A stretch of 61,521 nucleotides of DNA, the filler included, from Candidatus Babelota bacterium (GTDB lineage: Bacteria > JAGOBX01): assembly GCA_017999075.1 (NCBI GenBank). It is 14 parts of 14 records of this genome, joined end to end, with 100 filler letters (N's around TTAATTAATTAA, not from the genome) between each part and the next. Parts side by side here need not be neighbours in the genome. Positions count along the whole stretch, not along the records: positions 51,196 to 54,582 come from JAGOBX010000458.1; positions 54,683 to 58,057 come from JAGOBX010000460.1; positions 58,158 to 61,521 come from JAGOBX010000461.1; 11 more parts are not named here. The stretch is one strand, 5' to 3'. The position numbers and the translations under genes are program-made. Below the pieces are notes generated by a model that searched no databases, was not told the origin of the DNA, and saw only the letters and a list, made by a program, of their open reading frames with translations. Below, one piece after another: positions 51,485 through 61,521 of this stretch; position 1 is the first letter of the stretch, and each line of letters begins with the position of its first letter.

Positions 51485-52462
51485 ATGAAAATAAATTTTT
51501 TTGAATACACAAAATTTCTTGCCTGTCCCGAATGCAGAAAACCAATTGAATTTATTTCTAACGCTTATTATTGCAATAATTGCAAGAAAAACTATCCTAT
51601 TATCGATAATATTCCAAGATTTATCGAAATTAAAGACGATTTATTATCAAAAGCAAAAGCACACTGGGAAGATTCCCCTAATTTTCAATATGAAGCGAAA
51701 TCCGAATTATATACAAAGGAATATTACGAAGAACAGGATAAATGGAGAAAAAATGACATCGACCCTTTTTGTATGAAAGAATATAAATTCAATGAGATTA
51801 AAGACAAAGTTATTCTTGATATCGGTTGCGGTTCTGGATGGGTAGTAAAACAGGCTGCAAAAAATGGAGCTATTGTCATAGGTGTTGATTTTGCCGAAAA
51901 AGCGTGCATTAGTTCAAGAAAAGCTCTTGACACTTATAGCTTGAATGGATTAATAATACAGGCTGACGCTCAACATTTGCCTATAAAAGACGAAATTATA
52001 GATCGAATATTTTCTATAGGTGTTCTGCATCATATACCTAAAACCGAATTAGGCATTGAAGAAGCTTTTAGAACGCTAAAAAAAAAAGGAACTGGATTTA
52101 TCAGTTTATACGGCAAATTATTTTTTTTCAATAAGCTTATTTTTCCTGTCACTCAATTTTTATTAAAAATTCTATTAAAAGCTCCAAAAGTAAGAGATGG
52201 AATTCAAAATACTACAGATTATGACGAATTTTACAGATTTATGGATGGAGCGACAAATCCTATAGGCAGATGGTACACTAATGAGCAACTGATACAAATG
52301 TTCCATAAATTTAAGATATTATCCATATCAAAAAGTCATTTTCCCTTAAGATATTTAAACTTATTTGGAATTCCTCTAAAAAAATTAATTCCAAAATTTA
52401 TACATATAATTCTGGAAAATAATTTCGGAATGATGCGTAATATACAATTTATTAAACATTAA
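51485..52462 (+). CDS. Class I SAM methyltransferase with Trm112-like N-terminal zinc ribbon
   Basis: LACPEC..CNNC..YPIIDNIPRF; ILDIGCGSG; ADAQHLP; GVLHH. Confidence 0.88.
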   Translation: MKINFFEYTKFLACPECRKPIEFISNAYYCNNCKKNYPIIDNIPRFIEIKDDLLSKAKAHWEDSPNFQYEAKSELYTKEYYEEQDKWRKNDIDPFCMKEYKFNEIKDKVILDIGCGSGWVVKQAAKNGAIVIGVDFAEKACISSRKALDTYSLNGLIIQADAQHLPIKDEIIDRIFSIGVLHHIPKTELGIEEAFRTLKKKGTGFISLYGKLFFFNKLIFPVTQFLLKILLKAPKVRDGIQNTTDYDEFYRFMDGATNPIGRWYTNEQLIQMFHKFKILSISKSHFPLRYLNLFGIPLKKLIPKFIHIILENNFGMMRNIQFIKH

Positions 52463-52638
52463 AAATATAATTAAATGAATTTTTAACATATCTGTCAACG
52501 GTTTCTGTTTTTCTGATTTTTCAAATTCATATCTATACATATAATTATATTGTGCTTTTAAATAATTTAATAATTTCAAATAATTCAAAGAATTCTTGAT
52601 TTTTTTTATAATTCACATAAAATGTTTCAATCTAAAAT

Positions 52639-52722
52639 GCCGAAGTGGTGAAATTGGCAGACACGTACGGTTCAGGTCCGTATGGGAGCAATCCCTTGTG
52701 GGTTCGAATCCCATCTTCGGCA
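52639..52722 (+). tRNA. tRNA-Leu(CAG)
   Basis: GCCGAAG/CTTCGGC acceptor, TACGG-TTCAGGT-CCGTA anticodon arm, long variable arm; CCA not encoded. Confidence 0.96.
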
Positions 52723-52762
52723 TATTCAATATTATTTCTATTGTACAGTATGGATTTAATCT

Positions 52763-53206
52763 ATGGTTCAACAAACATCTATCCGCAATCAGGTTCGCGA
52801 CATTTACAGAATAATAGACGCTAATTACAACAGAATCAATGAAGGGTTAAGGGTGATCGAAGAATATTTCAGGTTTATAACTGAAAACATTGATATTCAA
52901 AAAAAAATAAAAGAAATCAGACATATACTTTTTTCTGAGATAACCGCAAATTTTGATTATTCAAAACTTCTGGAATTCCGCGACTCGCAAAATGATCCTG
53001 GTTCAAAATATTCCACAAATTCTGAATTAGATAAATCAAGCGCTGAAAATATTTTAATATCAAATTTTAAACGGATTCAGGAATCATTAAGAGTACTTGA
53101 AGAATATTCAAAACTGATATATCCTGAATCAAGTATAACATTCAAGAAACTAAGATTTGAACTTTATGAAATTGAAAAAAAATGTTGCGGAAATATTGAG
53201 CTTTGA
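52763..53206 (+). CDS. Stand-alone ThiD2 / ThiE N-terminal-like helical domain protein
   Basis: RIIDANYNRINEGLRVIEE..RD..D.G..NFKRIQESLRVLEE..LRFELYEIEK. Confidence 0.8.
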   Translation: MVQQTSIRNQVRDIYRIIDANYNRINEGLRVIEEYFRFITENIDIQKKIKEIRHILFSEITANFDYSKLLEFRDSQNDPGSKYSTNSELDKSSAENILISNFKRIQESLRVLEEYSKLIYPESSITFKKLRFELYEIEKKCCGNIEL

Positions 53207-53219
53207 AATAATTAAAAAT

Positions 53220-54407
53220 ATGTCAAATTTTACTATTGAAGAATTTAATCACAGAATTTCAAAATTACAGAATCATCTTGCATCAAAAAATATTGATGCA
53301 GCTGTATTGACCCAGAATTCTGATATTTATTACTATTCAGGTTCGTGCGAACCTCTGTATCTTATTATTCATTCAAAAAAACCTGCTGTGATGTTAGCGA
53401 GAAAAGCAATTTCAAGAATACGCGAAGAAGTAAAACACATTGAATTATTCGAATTTTATAATTCTTCTGATATGCAGAAAATAATTGACAAGCTCGAACT
53501 GAAAAATTCAGGTTGTATAGGGTTTACTCTTGATACAGTATCGTATTCAACTGTGGACAGGTTTAAAAAAATCATTAATTTTTCTGCTGCTGCAGATATC
53601 TCTTTTGACGTAAGAATGCTCAGAGTATGTAAATCAGAATCAGAATTAAATGTCCAGATTGAAGCAGGAAAAATTACTGCACAGCTTCCGGAAGTCATAA
53701 AAAAAGTTTTCGTTCCCGGAATGACAGAACTTGAACTCAGCGCTGAAATCGAAAAATATTTCAGACTAAACGGCGGAAGTCCGGTTATAAGATGCAGAAA
53801 AGAAGGAATTGAATGTATCGGAGTATGTTCGTCAGGAATTAATTCTCTTTCAGGAACAAAATTTGACGGAATATGTTCAGGTTCAGGAATTTCTTCTGCA
53901 ACTCCTTACGGAGCAAGCCGTGATATAATACAAAAAAATATTCCTGTAATAATTGATTTCGGATTCAGTTTATACGGATATATTGTAGATATAACAAGAA
54001 TGTTTTGTTACGGAAAAGTTTCTGATAAAATTATAAACGCATATAATTCAATGTTAAAAATTGAAAATGAACTGATAAAAATTATAAAACCAGGAACTTT
54101 ATGGTGTGACATTTATGATTCTGCTTTTAAAATGGCTGTTTCTGCAGGATACGAAAAAGAATTTATGGGATTGGATTCTGAAAAAGTAAGGTTTGTTGGT
54201 CACGGCATAGGTTTAGAACTGGACGAACCACCGTTCCTTGCGCCTAAAATGAATTTCCTGCTTGAAGAAAATATGGTTATTGCAATTGAACCTAAAGTAT
54301 CATTGCCTGACATAGGAGTTATAGGCATTGAAAACACTTATATAATACGTAATAAACACAATCAATTACTTACCTGCTGTTCAAATGATTTTATTTATAT
54401 AAATTAA
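53220..54407 (+). CDS. M24 Xaa-Pro peptidase family protein
   Basis: Creatinase N-domain; IDFG..GYIVDITR, GHGIGLELDE.P, AIEPK, GIENT. Confidence 0.92.
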   Translation: MSNFTIEEFNHRISKLQNHLASKNIDAAVLTQNSDIYYYSGSCEPLYLIIHSKKPAVMLARKAISRIREEVKHIELFEFYNSSDMQKIIDKLELKNSGCIGFTLDTVSYSTVDRFKKIINFSAAADISFDVRMLRVCKSESELNVQIEAGKITAQLPEVIKKVFVPGMTELELSAEIEKYFRLNGGSPVIRCRKEGIECIGVCSSGINSLSGTKFDGICSGSGISSATPYGASRDIIQKNIPVIIDFGFSLYGYIVDITRMFCYGKVSDKIINAYNSMLKIENELIKIIKPGTLWCDIYDSAFKMAVSAGYEKEFMGLDSEKVRFVGHGIGLELDEPPFLAPKMNFLLEENMVIAIEPKVSLPDIGVIGIENTYIIRNKHNQLLTCCSNDFIYIN

Positions 54408-54477
54408 CTTGAATTTTTATTTTTTTCATTTATATTTTAAAATATAAATATTTATAAAATAATTTTAAAAACATACA

Positions 54478-54582
54478 ATGAATCAAAACTATAACGCTGA
54501 ATATTTATCAGGCGATTCGCCAAAAATATTAATAATCGATGATGACAATGATATTCAAAGAGTTATAACAACGATTTTCAAA
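54478..54582 (+). CDS. Receiver-domain protein N-terminus (truncated)
   Basis: MNQNYNAEYLSGDSPKILIIDDDNDIQRVI. Confidence 0.6.
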
Positions 54583-54682
54583 NNNNNNNNNNNNNNNNNN
54601 NNNNNNNNNNNNNNNNNNNNNNNNNNTTAATTAATTAANNNNNNNNNNNNNNNNNNNNNNNNNNNNNNNNNNNNNNNNNNNN

Positions 54683-57600
54683 GGCTATAGATGAATTTGA
54701 TGTTGTATATTCTACAAATTCAGACGGTACCGGAGATGCAATCGGGCTTTACAAGATCTGGAGGTATTCAGACAATAATCCGTCAGGATTGACTACTGAA
54801 GGATATAGAAAACTCGGAGCTTCTGCAAATGGAAACGGAAATATGCCGTTTGGCAGCGGATACGGTTCAGATTATAATCAGATGGGGAGAGCAGAACATA
54901 TTGTATACGATAAGATAAACCAATGTATTTGGGTTTCTGATATGGAAAACAACAGGATAGCGAGGTATGATATAACTTACAATAATTCATCAAACCTTGA
55001 AAATATGATTGAAGATTTGACTATAGAAAATGCCGGGGATACACCGAATATAACAGGTTATCTTGTTTACGGATCAAACGTAAATTATTTTTCTTCTGAA
55101 GATCAGTATTACTGCAGAGAAGGAATGAATGATACAATTGATATACTTTTTAATAAAACAATGAGCGTATCAGATACACCTGTTGTAAAGCTTGTTTATG
55201 AAGACAATTATGAAACTGATGTCGTTATACATTATTATTCTGCAAACAAACTTATTGTTTTGTTTAATATAATATCAGGACATGACGGAATAGCGTTTTT
55301 TCGAGTATCAGGAGCTAAAGATTTGTTTACCACAGGTCAACTGAATGAACCTGATGAATCTGTTAAGATTGTTGTTGATACTCAGCGTCCTGAAAAACCT
55401 GTTTTAAATATAAGCAGTCCATATAATGTAACTTCTAACCCTGTTTATCCTTATGTTACAGGAACAGTAAACGACAGAAATCCATTGAAAGTAAGCGTAT
55501 ATACATTCAGCAATGAAACGGGAAGCAGTATATCGTATACTCAGCAAAATATAAATCTTAATCCTGATAAATCTTTTACAGCCATAAGTGTAAATTTGAT
55601 TTCTCCGTCTCCTTCTGAAAATTATATAGGCGCTGTATGTTATGATAAAGCCGGGAATGTAAGTGAGACATCTGATTTAAAAAAAATAAATTTTGTTAAC
55701 GGAACTCCTGGAATAGCTTCAGTAACTCCTGATTATGATACAGGATATGTAATTAATACTGCTCATAGTTTTTATATAAAGTATACTGCTGCTGAAAATA
55801 TTCTTGAATCCTGTACTATAACATTTTATGTTCCTTACGGATGGTCAAATCCGCAGAACGTTCTCCAGACATCTGCCGGTTATGTTAATATAAAAGATAC
55901 TGACAGTGTTTATAATTTACGTATAAATACGACGTCTTCATCAGATACATTTTTTTCTGTAACTTTTGATTCAATGTTTTCCGGAGGATATTTTACTTTA
56001 ATATACGGAGATACTTTAAATGGAAATAATCAGAATGCAAAAACATTAATTTCTAATAATGCTGTTTTCGGACAAAATAATTTTACAGTAATCAGGAAAA
56101 AACATTCTTCTTCCAACGAACAGATTCAAACCAATGATATATATGTAACCGGTCAACCTTTGAGAATAGGATTTGAAGATAAACTTATAAATACTTTTGT
56201 TTTTAAAGGACAGAAAGATGTTTTATTCGGGGAATTGACTTTTTATAATGACAATATAAATAAATCATATAAATTGACAAGTTTTGATATTATTATTAAA
56301 GATACTCAGAACTTGGGAATTATTCCATCTGCAGTTATTTCAAAACTATCTGTTAAAGATATTAATGCATCGTATTGTTTAAAAACATCAATAGAAAATT
56401 CCGGGAATAAAATTTCAGTTGTTTTATCTGAAAACATTACTATTAATCCTTCTTCATCAAAAACTGTGGGAATATATATTGACATTATGCAAACTTCGGT
56501 TTCTTCGGGTTTCAGGATATTTTTATCTGATTCTGACAGTTATAAAGTATTTGATGCTGAAACATCAGGGATACAACTGACGGTATCTGCGGTAAATACA
56601 TTTGATTCGATGTATTCATCGGCATGCAGTATTAATTCTGCAAATCCTGCAACTGATTTGTATATTGATTATACCGATTATTCACCTGATTATGCAAGTT
56701 ATGGTCAGGCAGCGACATATATTTTTAAATTATCTTTGAGTAATCCTGTTTTAAATTCGTCATTGATAAAATTGAAATCAATAACGTTTAATTTAACTGA
56801 CATTGCCGGTTCAGGAATAAATTTCAGTTCTGTAATAAACAGCATCGCTTTAAAAAAATCAGAAAGTTCTTTATACTATTCAAATGTAAGTTCAATGCCT
56901 TCGGCAGACAGCATAACAATTAGCTTAACTGATTTTTACATTCAATTCGGCGATACAAAATATATAGATTTATATTGCACTTTTAAAAATGTTTCAGCTA
57001 TTCAATCGGTAAAGTTTAAAGTTTCAGGGCAGTCAGGTTTTAATGCAGTAGATAATAATCTTAATTCAGGATGTACTGTAAGCATACTTCCTTCGTCTTC
57101 AAAAGTTTTTCCTTTGATTTCTAAAGGAACAGCAATGCAATCACCTAATATTTTAAATAAAATTTATACTTCATTTGATAATTCTCAGATATTAACAGGT
57201 ACAGAATTTTCTGTTAACGCATATTTTAAAATTAATTCTGACAGCGCTAAAGCAGTGGTATTTCCTTCTGCTTCGGATTTAAAATTTTATATAAATAATA
57301 CTGATTCGAGTTCTGAATTCAGTATTTTATCTATGAGTTCTGCTACTGTTTTTGAAACGGGTTATGCTGGAAATACTATAACTTACACATGTAAACAAAA
57401 CGGATTATCGTCAGGAAATTTAAAAGTTGATTTTATTGTTTCAAAACCGCAGGGAATTGATTTTAATGATTATTATTACGGCGGACAATCATTGGTATTG
57501 AGTGACAGCAAAGCATATTTTGATACTTCCGCTGTTTTGAATATTATAAGCGATTCCATAGAATTAGTTAATTATTCTCTGTCGAATTTTAATGTATATC

Positions 57601-58057
57601 CTGATTCAAATGGGATACAGGTGTTGAAATTTGTGATAAAAAATAATCAGATTTTAAATGATACAATTGTTTCTATGATTATACGGAAAACTGTATCAAA
57701 TAACGGAATTGATACGGTTTTTGTTTATTCGGATAATGGCAATGGCGTTTATGATGCTGCTGATACTGAACTTGCTAACTCTGCCTTTCCAGGAAATACG
57801 GTATCATTGAATATAAATTATATGATAGGGTCATTGTCAAGTAAACTGTTTTTTGTTACAGTTCATTTGTCAAAAACTTTGACTGATGGAGATACGTTTG
57901 ATTTTGAAATTCCAGCTAATTCTTTGTATTTAATGAGCGGCCTGACTCGTCCGGCAACTTCTTTTAATTCTTCAGGAGAACTTAGAGCGCAAGTCTCAGG
58001 CGACAGGATTTCTATTTATCCTCAGGAAGACACTGTTGCAGTAGGTCAGTATGTTTC
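54683..58057 (+). CDS. Internal fragment of a very large secreted/surface beta-sandwich repeat protein
   Basis: ORF covers essentially the whole contig (>1100 aa); NHL-like (WVSDMENNRI), Ig-like (VDTQRP, DKAGN) and repeated Ser/Thr/Asn-rich modules. Confidence 0.75.
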
Positions 58058-58157
58058 NNNNNNNNNNNNNNNNNNNNNNNNNNNNNNNNNNNNNNNNNNN
58101 NTTAATTAATTAANNNNNNNNNNNNNNNNNNNNNNNNNNNNNNNNNNNNNNNNNNNN

Positions 58158-58746
<589 letters not shown>

Positions 58747-58935
58747 ATATTTTTCAATATCATATTCGGTAGTTTAATCTACTCAAATTACTTACTTTTG
58801 TTTTTTTTTCGGTTCTGTTTAATTTAACTCAATAAATTAACAGGGTCCGGGTACTAAAATTGTCAAATATTTTTTATATTGTTTTCCTTGAAATTCAAAA
58901 GAATTTCTTTTTTTATTAAAATTTTGAACACATCT

Positions 58936-58964
58936 AATATATCATTTTTTTTTAATGTTGTCAA
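58936..58964 (-). promoter_or_regulatory. rRNA operon proximal promoter
   Basis: TTGACA-17 bp-TATATT with extended -10 TG. Confidence 0.75.
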
Positions 58965-59176
58965 GTAAAATTTTATATATTTTCTTAACACATTATTTTT
59001 CAATAAATTAGATATATTTATTTTAATTATTTTATATTAAAATTTTTAATTTCTCAAAGAACAAAAGTTCTTTTCAAATTATACTTATGTTTTAAATATT
59101 AAATTATTTAATTTTGGATTATTTTATAGTTGAGTTTAAACTGAAGATTTATTTAGTTTAACTTTCAAACTCTTCC

Positions 59177-59204
59177 AATATATCATAAAAAATAAATTTG
59201 TCAA
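59177..59204 (-). promoter_or_regulatory. rRNA operon distal promoter; boxA-like TGTTCTTTGA near 59054-59063
   Basis: TTGACA-16 bp-TATATT with extended -10 TG; tandem arrangement typical of rrn operons. Confidence 0.7.
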
Positions 59205-59290
59205 GTTTTTTAACAATATTTTATATAAACTGTTTATTATCATAACATTGTCGTCATTTAATTTTATATTATTAAACAAAACACCCTAAC

Positions 59291-59325
59291 AAAAGCCGTT
59301 ATTTCGTGGAATTGAAATAACGGCT
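59291..59325 (-). terminator. Terminator after tRNA-Leu(TAA)
   Basis: AGCCGTTATTTC..GAAATAACGGCT 12-bp stem followed by a T run on the minus strand. Confidence 0.75.
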
Positions 59326-59338
59326 ATGTAAAAACGGG

Positions 59339-59427
59339 TGGTGCCGAAGGACGGACTCGAACCGACACGGGAACAAGTTCCCACGGGATTTTAAGTCCCG
59401 GGCGTCTACCAATTTCGCCACTTCGGC
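59339..59427 (-). tRNA. tRNA-Leu(TAA)
   Basis: GCCGAAG/CTTCGGC acceptor, CGGGA-CTTAAAA-TCCCG anticodon arm, variable arm, encoded CCA. Confidence 0.97.
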
Positions 59428-59497
59428 AAACTATAAAATCAATTATGCGAAAACGCCTTAACCCTTGAAAAATCAAGGTTTTTAATTTATTACACAA

Positions 59498-59525
59498 ATT
59501 ATAATAAAAAAATTTCGTTTGTCAA
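59498..59525 (-). promoter_or_regulatory. Consensus promoter of tRNA-Leu(TAA)
   Basis: TTGACA-16 bp-TATAAT. Confidence 0.75.
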
Positions 59526-59828
59526 GATTTTTTTTGAAATTCATTAGTTTTAACAAAATCTATGGAGTAAAATAAAAACCAAATAAAAACAATGATTACG
59601 GAAAAAAAAGTAGTTTTTGATATGAACAATTATTATTCAATTTATAAAAGTTTTTATAAACACATAAAATAATGGAACTGTTTCCAAAATATATTTATAT
59701 TTTTTTTTACAAAATCAACATTATTGTTTATCAATGTATAAATTTTATATAATGTTGGCCTATTTAAAACATTCACACTTCTTATTTTAGATATTAGTTA
59801 AAAAAATTACACAGACAAAATACAAAAA

Positions 59829-61148
59829 TTAATAAACCAATATAGATGGTAATAACAAATAATCGAAAAATTTTTTCATAAATGTTCTGTTTTTCCAATT
59901 ATCAACAGATATTTGATTGGAATTCTGTATATCATTTAAAAACATTTTTTTTAATTCAACAGTAAATTCTCTATCTAGAATTTCAATATTATTCTCAATG
60001 TTCATAAAAAAAGCTCTATCAAGCAGATTAACTGAACCTACTGTGCACCAGATGTCATCAACAAGCATATATTTCGCATGTAAAATATGATCTTTCAATT
60101 CATAAATTTTTATTCCGTTTTCTAATAATAAAGAATAATATAACCTTGAAGTCCTGCGTAAAAAAGGCAAATCTGTTTTCGAAGGTAAGATAATCTTAAC
60201 TTCAACACCGCGTTTAACTGCATTAATAAGAGCATTCCTGAATATTTTATTAGGAATGAAGTAAGCATTGGTAATATATACGTATTCAGTCGAGGAATTT
60301 ATTATTTTAAGCATAGTTTCAAAAACCAAGCGGTTTTCGAAATCCGGAGACGAATATAATAAACGAGCTAAAGATTTTCCATAAAAATTTTTTTTCAAAG
60401 ATTCGTCAACAACACTTTTTTTCAAAAACAAATTATCAAATTTCAATTTTAAATTATTTATGCCTGGAAATGGAATATCCTTTCCAAACCAGCCATAACC
60501 AGCTTTTTTCCATGTTTGGTCAAATTTTTCTATGATATCAAACAACACCGGTCCTTGTATTTCCACACCTATATCCCTCCAGTATTTATATTCTCTGCCA
60601 AGGCCTATTCCGCTGATTACAGCAGTTTTAGAATCCACTATGAGAACTTTGCTATGGTCCCTGTTATTTATTTTTATAATACTCCACCATAAAACAGGAT
60701 TAAAAAATCTAATTTGAATTTCTGATGCATTTTTTAAATATTTAGAATAATAAAAACTAGGGCCAAAACTTCCAAGCTTGTCAATAATAATTCTAACTTT
60801 AACTCCTGATTCCGATTTTTGCTGCAATAATTTAAAAAAATCTATTCCAACTTCATCATTTCTGAAAATATACTGATCAATACAAATATCTTTTTCAGCC
60901 GATTCTATCAATGCATACATTCTGCTTAACACCTCATCGCCTGTCTGAAGTAGTTTAAGTGAATTTCCTTCATAAAACTTTATTTTTTCGTTTTTCTCAA
61001 GCGTTTCCTTTAAAAACTCAATGCTATTAGAATCGGATTTTACATCATAATTATTTTTGTATTTCAATAAATAGTAAATGCGTTGCGGGGTTGCCGTGCA
61101 TGAAGATAAATATGATGCTATCAGTAATAATATTATTTTTTTTATCAT
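59829..61148 (-). CDS. cls: Cardiolipin synthase / phospholipase D family (lipoprotein-like N-terminus)
   Basis: Two HKD motifs (HSKVLIVD, HAKYMLVD), WRD, YITNAYFIP. Confidence 0.9.
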   Translation of the reverse strand: MIKKIILLLIASYLSSCTATPQRIYYLLKYKNNYDVKSDSNSIEFLKETLEKNEKIKFYEGNSLKLLQTGDEVLSRMYALIESAEKDICIDQYIFRNDEVGIDFFKLLQQKSESGVKVRIIIDKLGSFGPSFYYSKYLKNASEIQIRFFNPVLWWSIIKINNRDHSKVLIVDSKTAVISGIGLGREYKYWRDIGVEIQGPVLFDIIEKFDQTWKKAGYGWFGKDIPFPGINNLKLKFDNLFLKKSVVDESLKKNFYGKSLARLLYSSPDFENRLVFETMLKIINSSTEYVYITNAYFIPNKIFRNALINAVKRGVEVKIILPSKTDLPFLRRTSRLYYSLLLENGIKIYELKDHILHAKYMLVDDIWCTVGSVNLLDRAFFMNIENNIEILDREFTVELKKMFLNDIQNSNQISVDNWKNRTFMKKFFDYLLLPSILVY

Positions 61149-61149
61149 T

Positions 61150-61503
61150 CTATTTTTTTAACCCTGCAATATTATCAAATGTTTCATATAAAAATTCCAA
61201 GGTTTTTAAATCCTGTTCCATTTCATGAAATTCAATAGTGCAATTTCTGCCGAATCTGACAAAAAATATTTTGTCAATTAATTTTGAAAATTTTTCTGTT
61301 TTTTCAATAGTGATACCTGTTTTATTTAATAGCTCAAATACCGTCAATTTATCAGGATTAGCTGCAAAATTGATTTTAAATTTAGCAGATATATAATAAA
61401 CCAATGAATCGTATATCCTTTCATAAAAAATTTTCGGTTCAATTGTTTCAGATATGTTTTTCAAATCAAATTTATCAAAAACTGTTTTTTTGTTAATTGC
61501 CAT
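61150..61503 (-). CDS. Hypothetical protein
   Basis: 117-aa ORF ending 1 bp before the cls start; no recognised motif. Confidence 0.55.
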   Translation of the reverse strand: MAINKKTVFDKFDLKNISETIEPKIFYERIYDSLVYYISAKFKINFAANPDKLTVFELLNKTGITIEKTEKFSKLIDKIFFVRFGRNCTIEFHEMEQDLKTLEFLYETFDNIAGLKK

Positions 61504-61521
61504 TTTATTGCATTTTTTTTT

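Noticed and set aside
3437-58157. Regularly spaced TTAATTAATTAA palindromes every ~3.5 kb, resembling a repeat array
   Set aside because: Artificial six-frame-stop linkers inside N runs. The spacing reflects contigs of steadily decreasing length.

Overview
This is not one locus. It is 14 short contigs of an AT-rich bacterial genome (probably a MAG) joined by artificial 100-nt N44-TTAATTAATTAA-N44 spacers, so gene neighbourhoods are only meaningful within a contig. Most contigs are housekeeping: acr3/arsR with thiol-redox genes, uppS-cdsA-dxr, a HEAT-GT2-TPR operon, sugar ABC permeases and pta, xseB, miaB, a glycogen cluster (glgM-type GT4, glgE, glgA) with two-component genes, clpX-recD2, trpB2, cls, three tRNAs and the 5' part of a 16S rRNA gene. 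The most interesting contig is 47709-51095. It carries an IS110-family recombinase with a long left non-coding region containing two near-identical internal-loop modules resembling a bridge RNA, and a second ~490-bp non-coding region on the right with related motifs. The apparent right end of the element sits at a CT dinucleotide inside an attC-like hairpin, and the putative loop guides match that junction. The neighbouring promoterless Mrr-like nuclease gene is bracketed by two attC-like hairpins with atypical cores. A second contig has a dynamin-like GTPase followed by a possible attC site interrupted by IS1380. Other oddities are a GlgE apparently lacking its helical S domain, a secreted FN3/glycine-rich protein with a eukaryote-like F-box-associated lectin domain, two TA-bounded MITE-like repeats, and a K+ channel gene frameshifted at A_AAA_AAG. 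All family calls are by eye from motifs; no searches were run.
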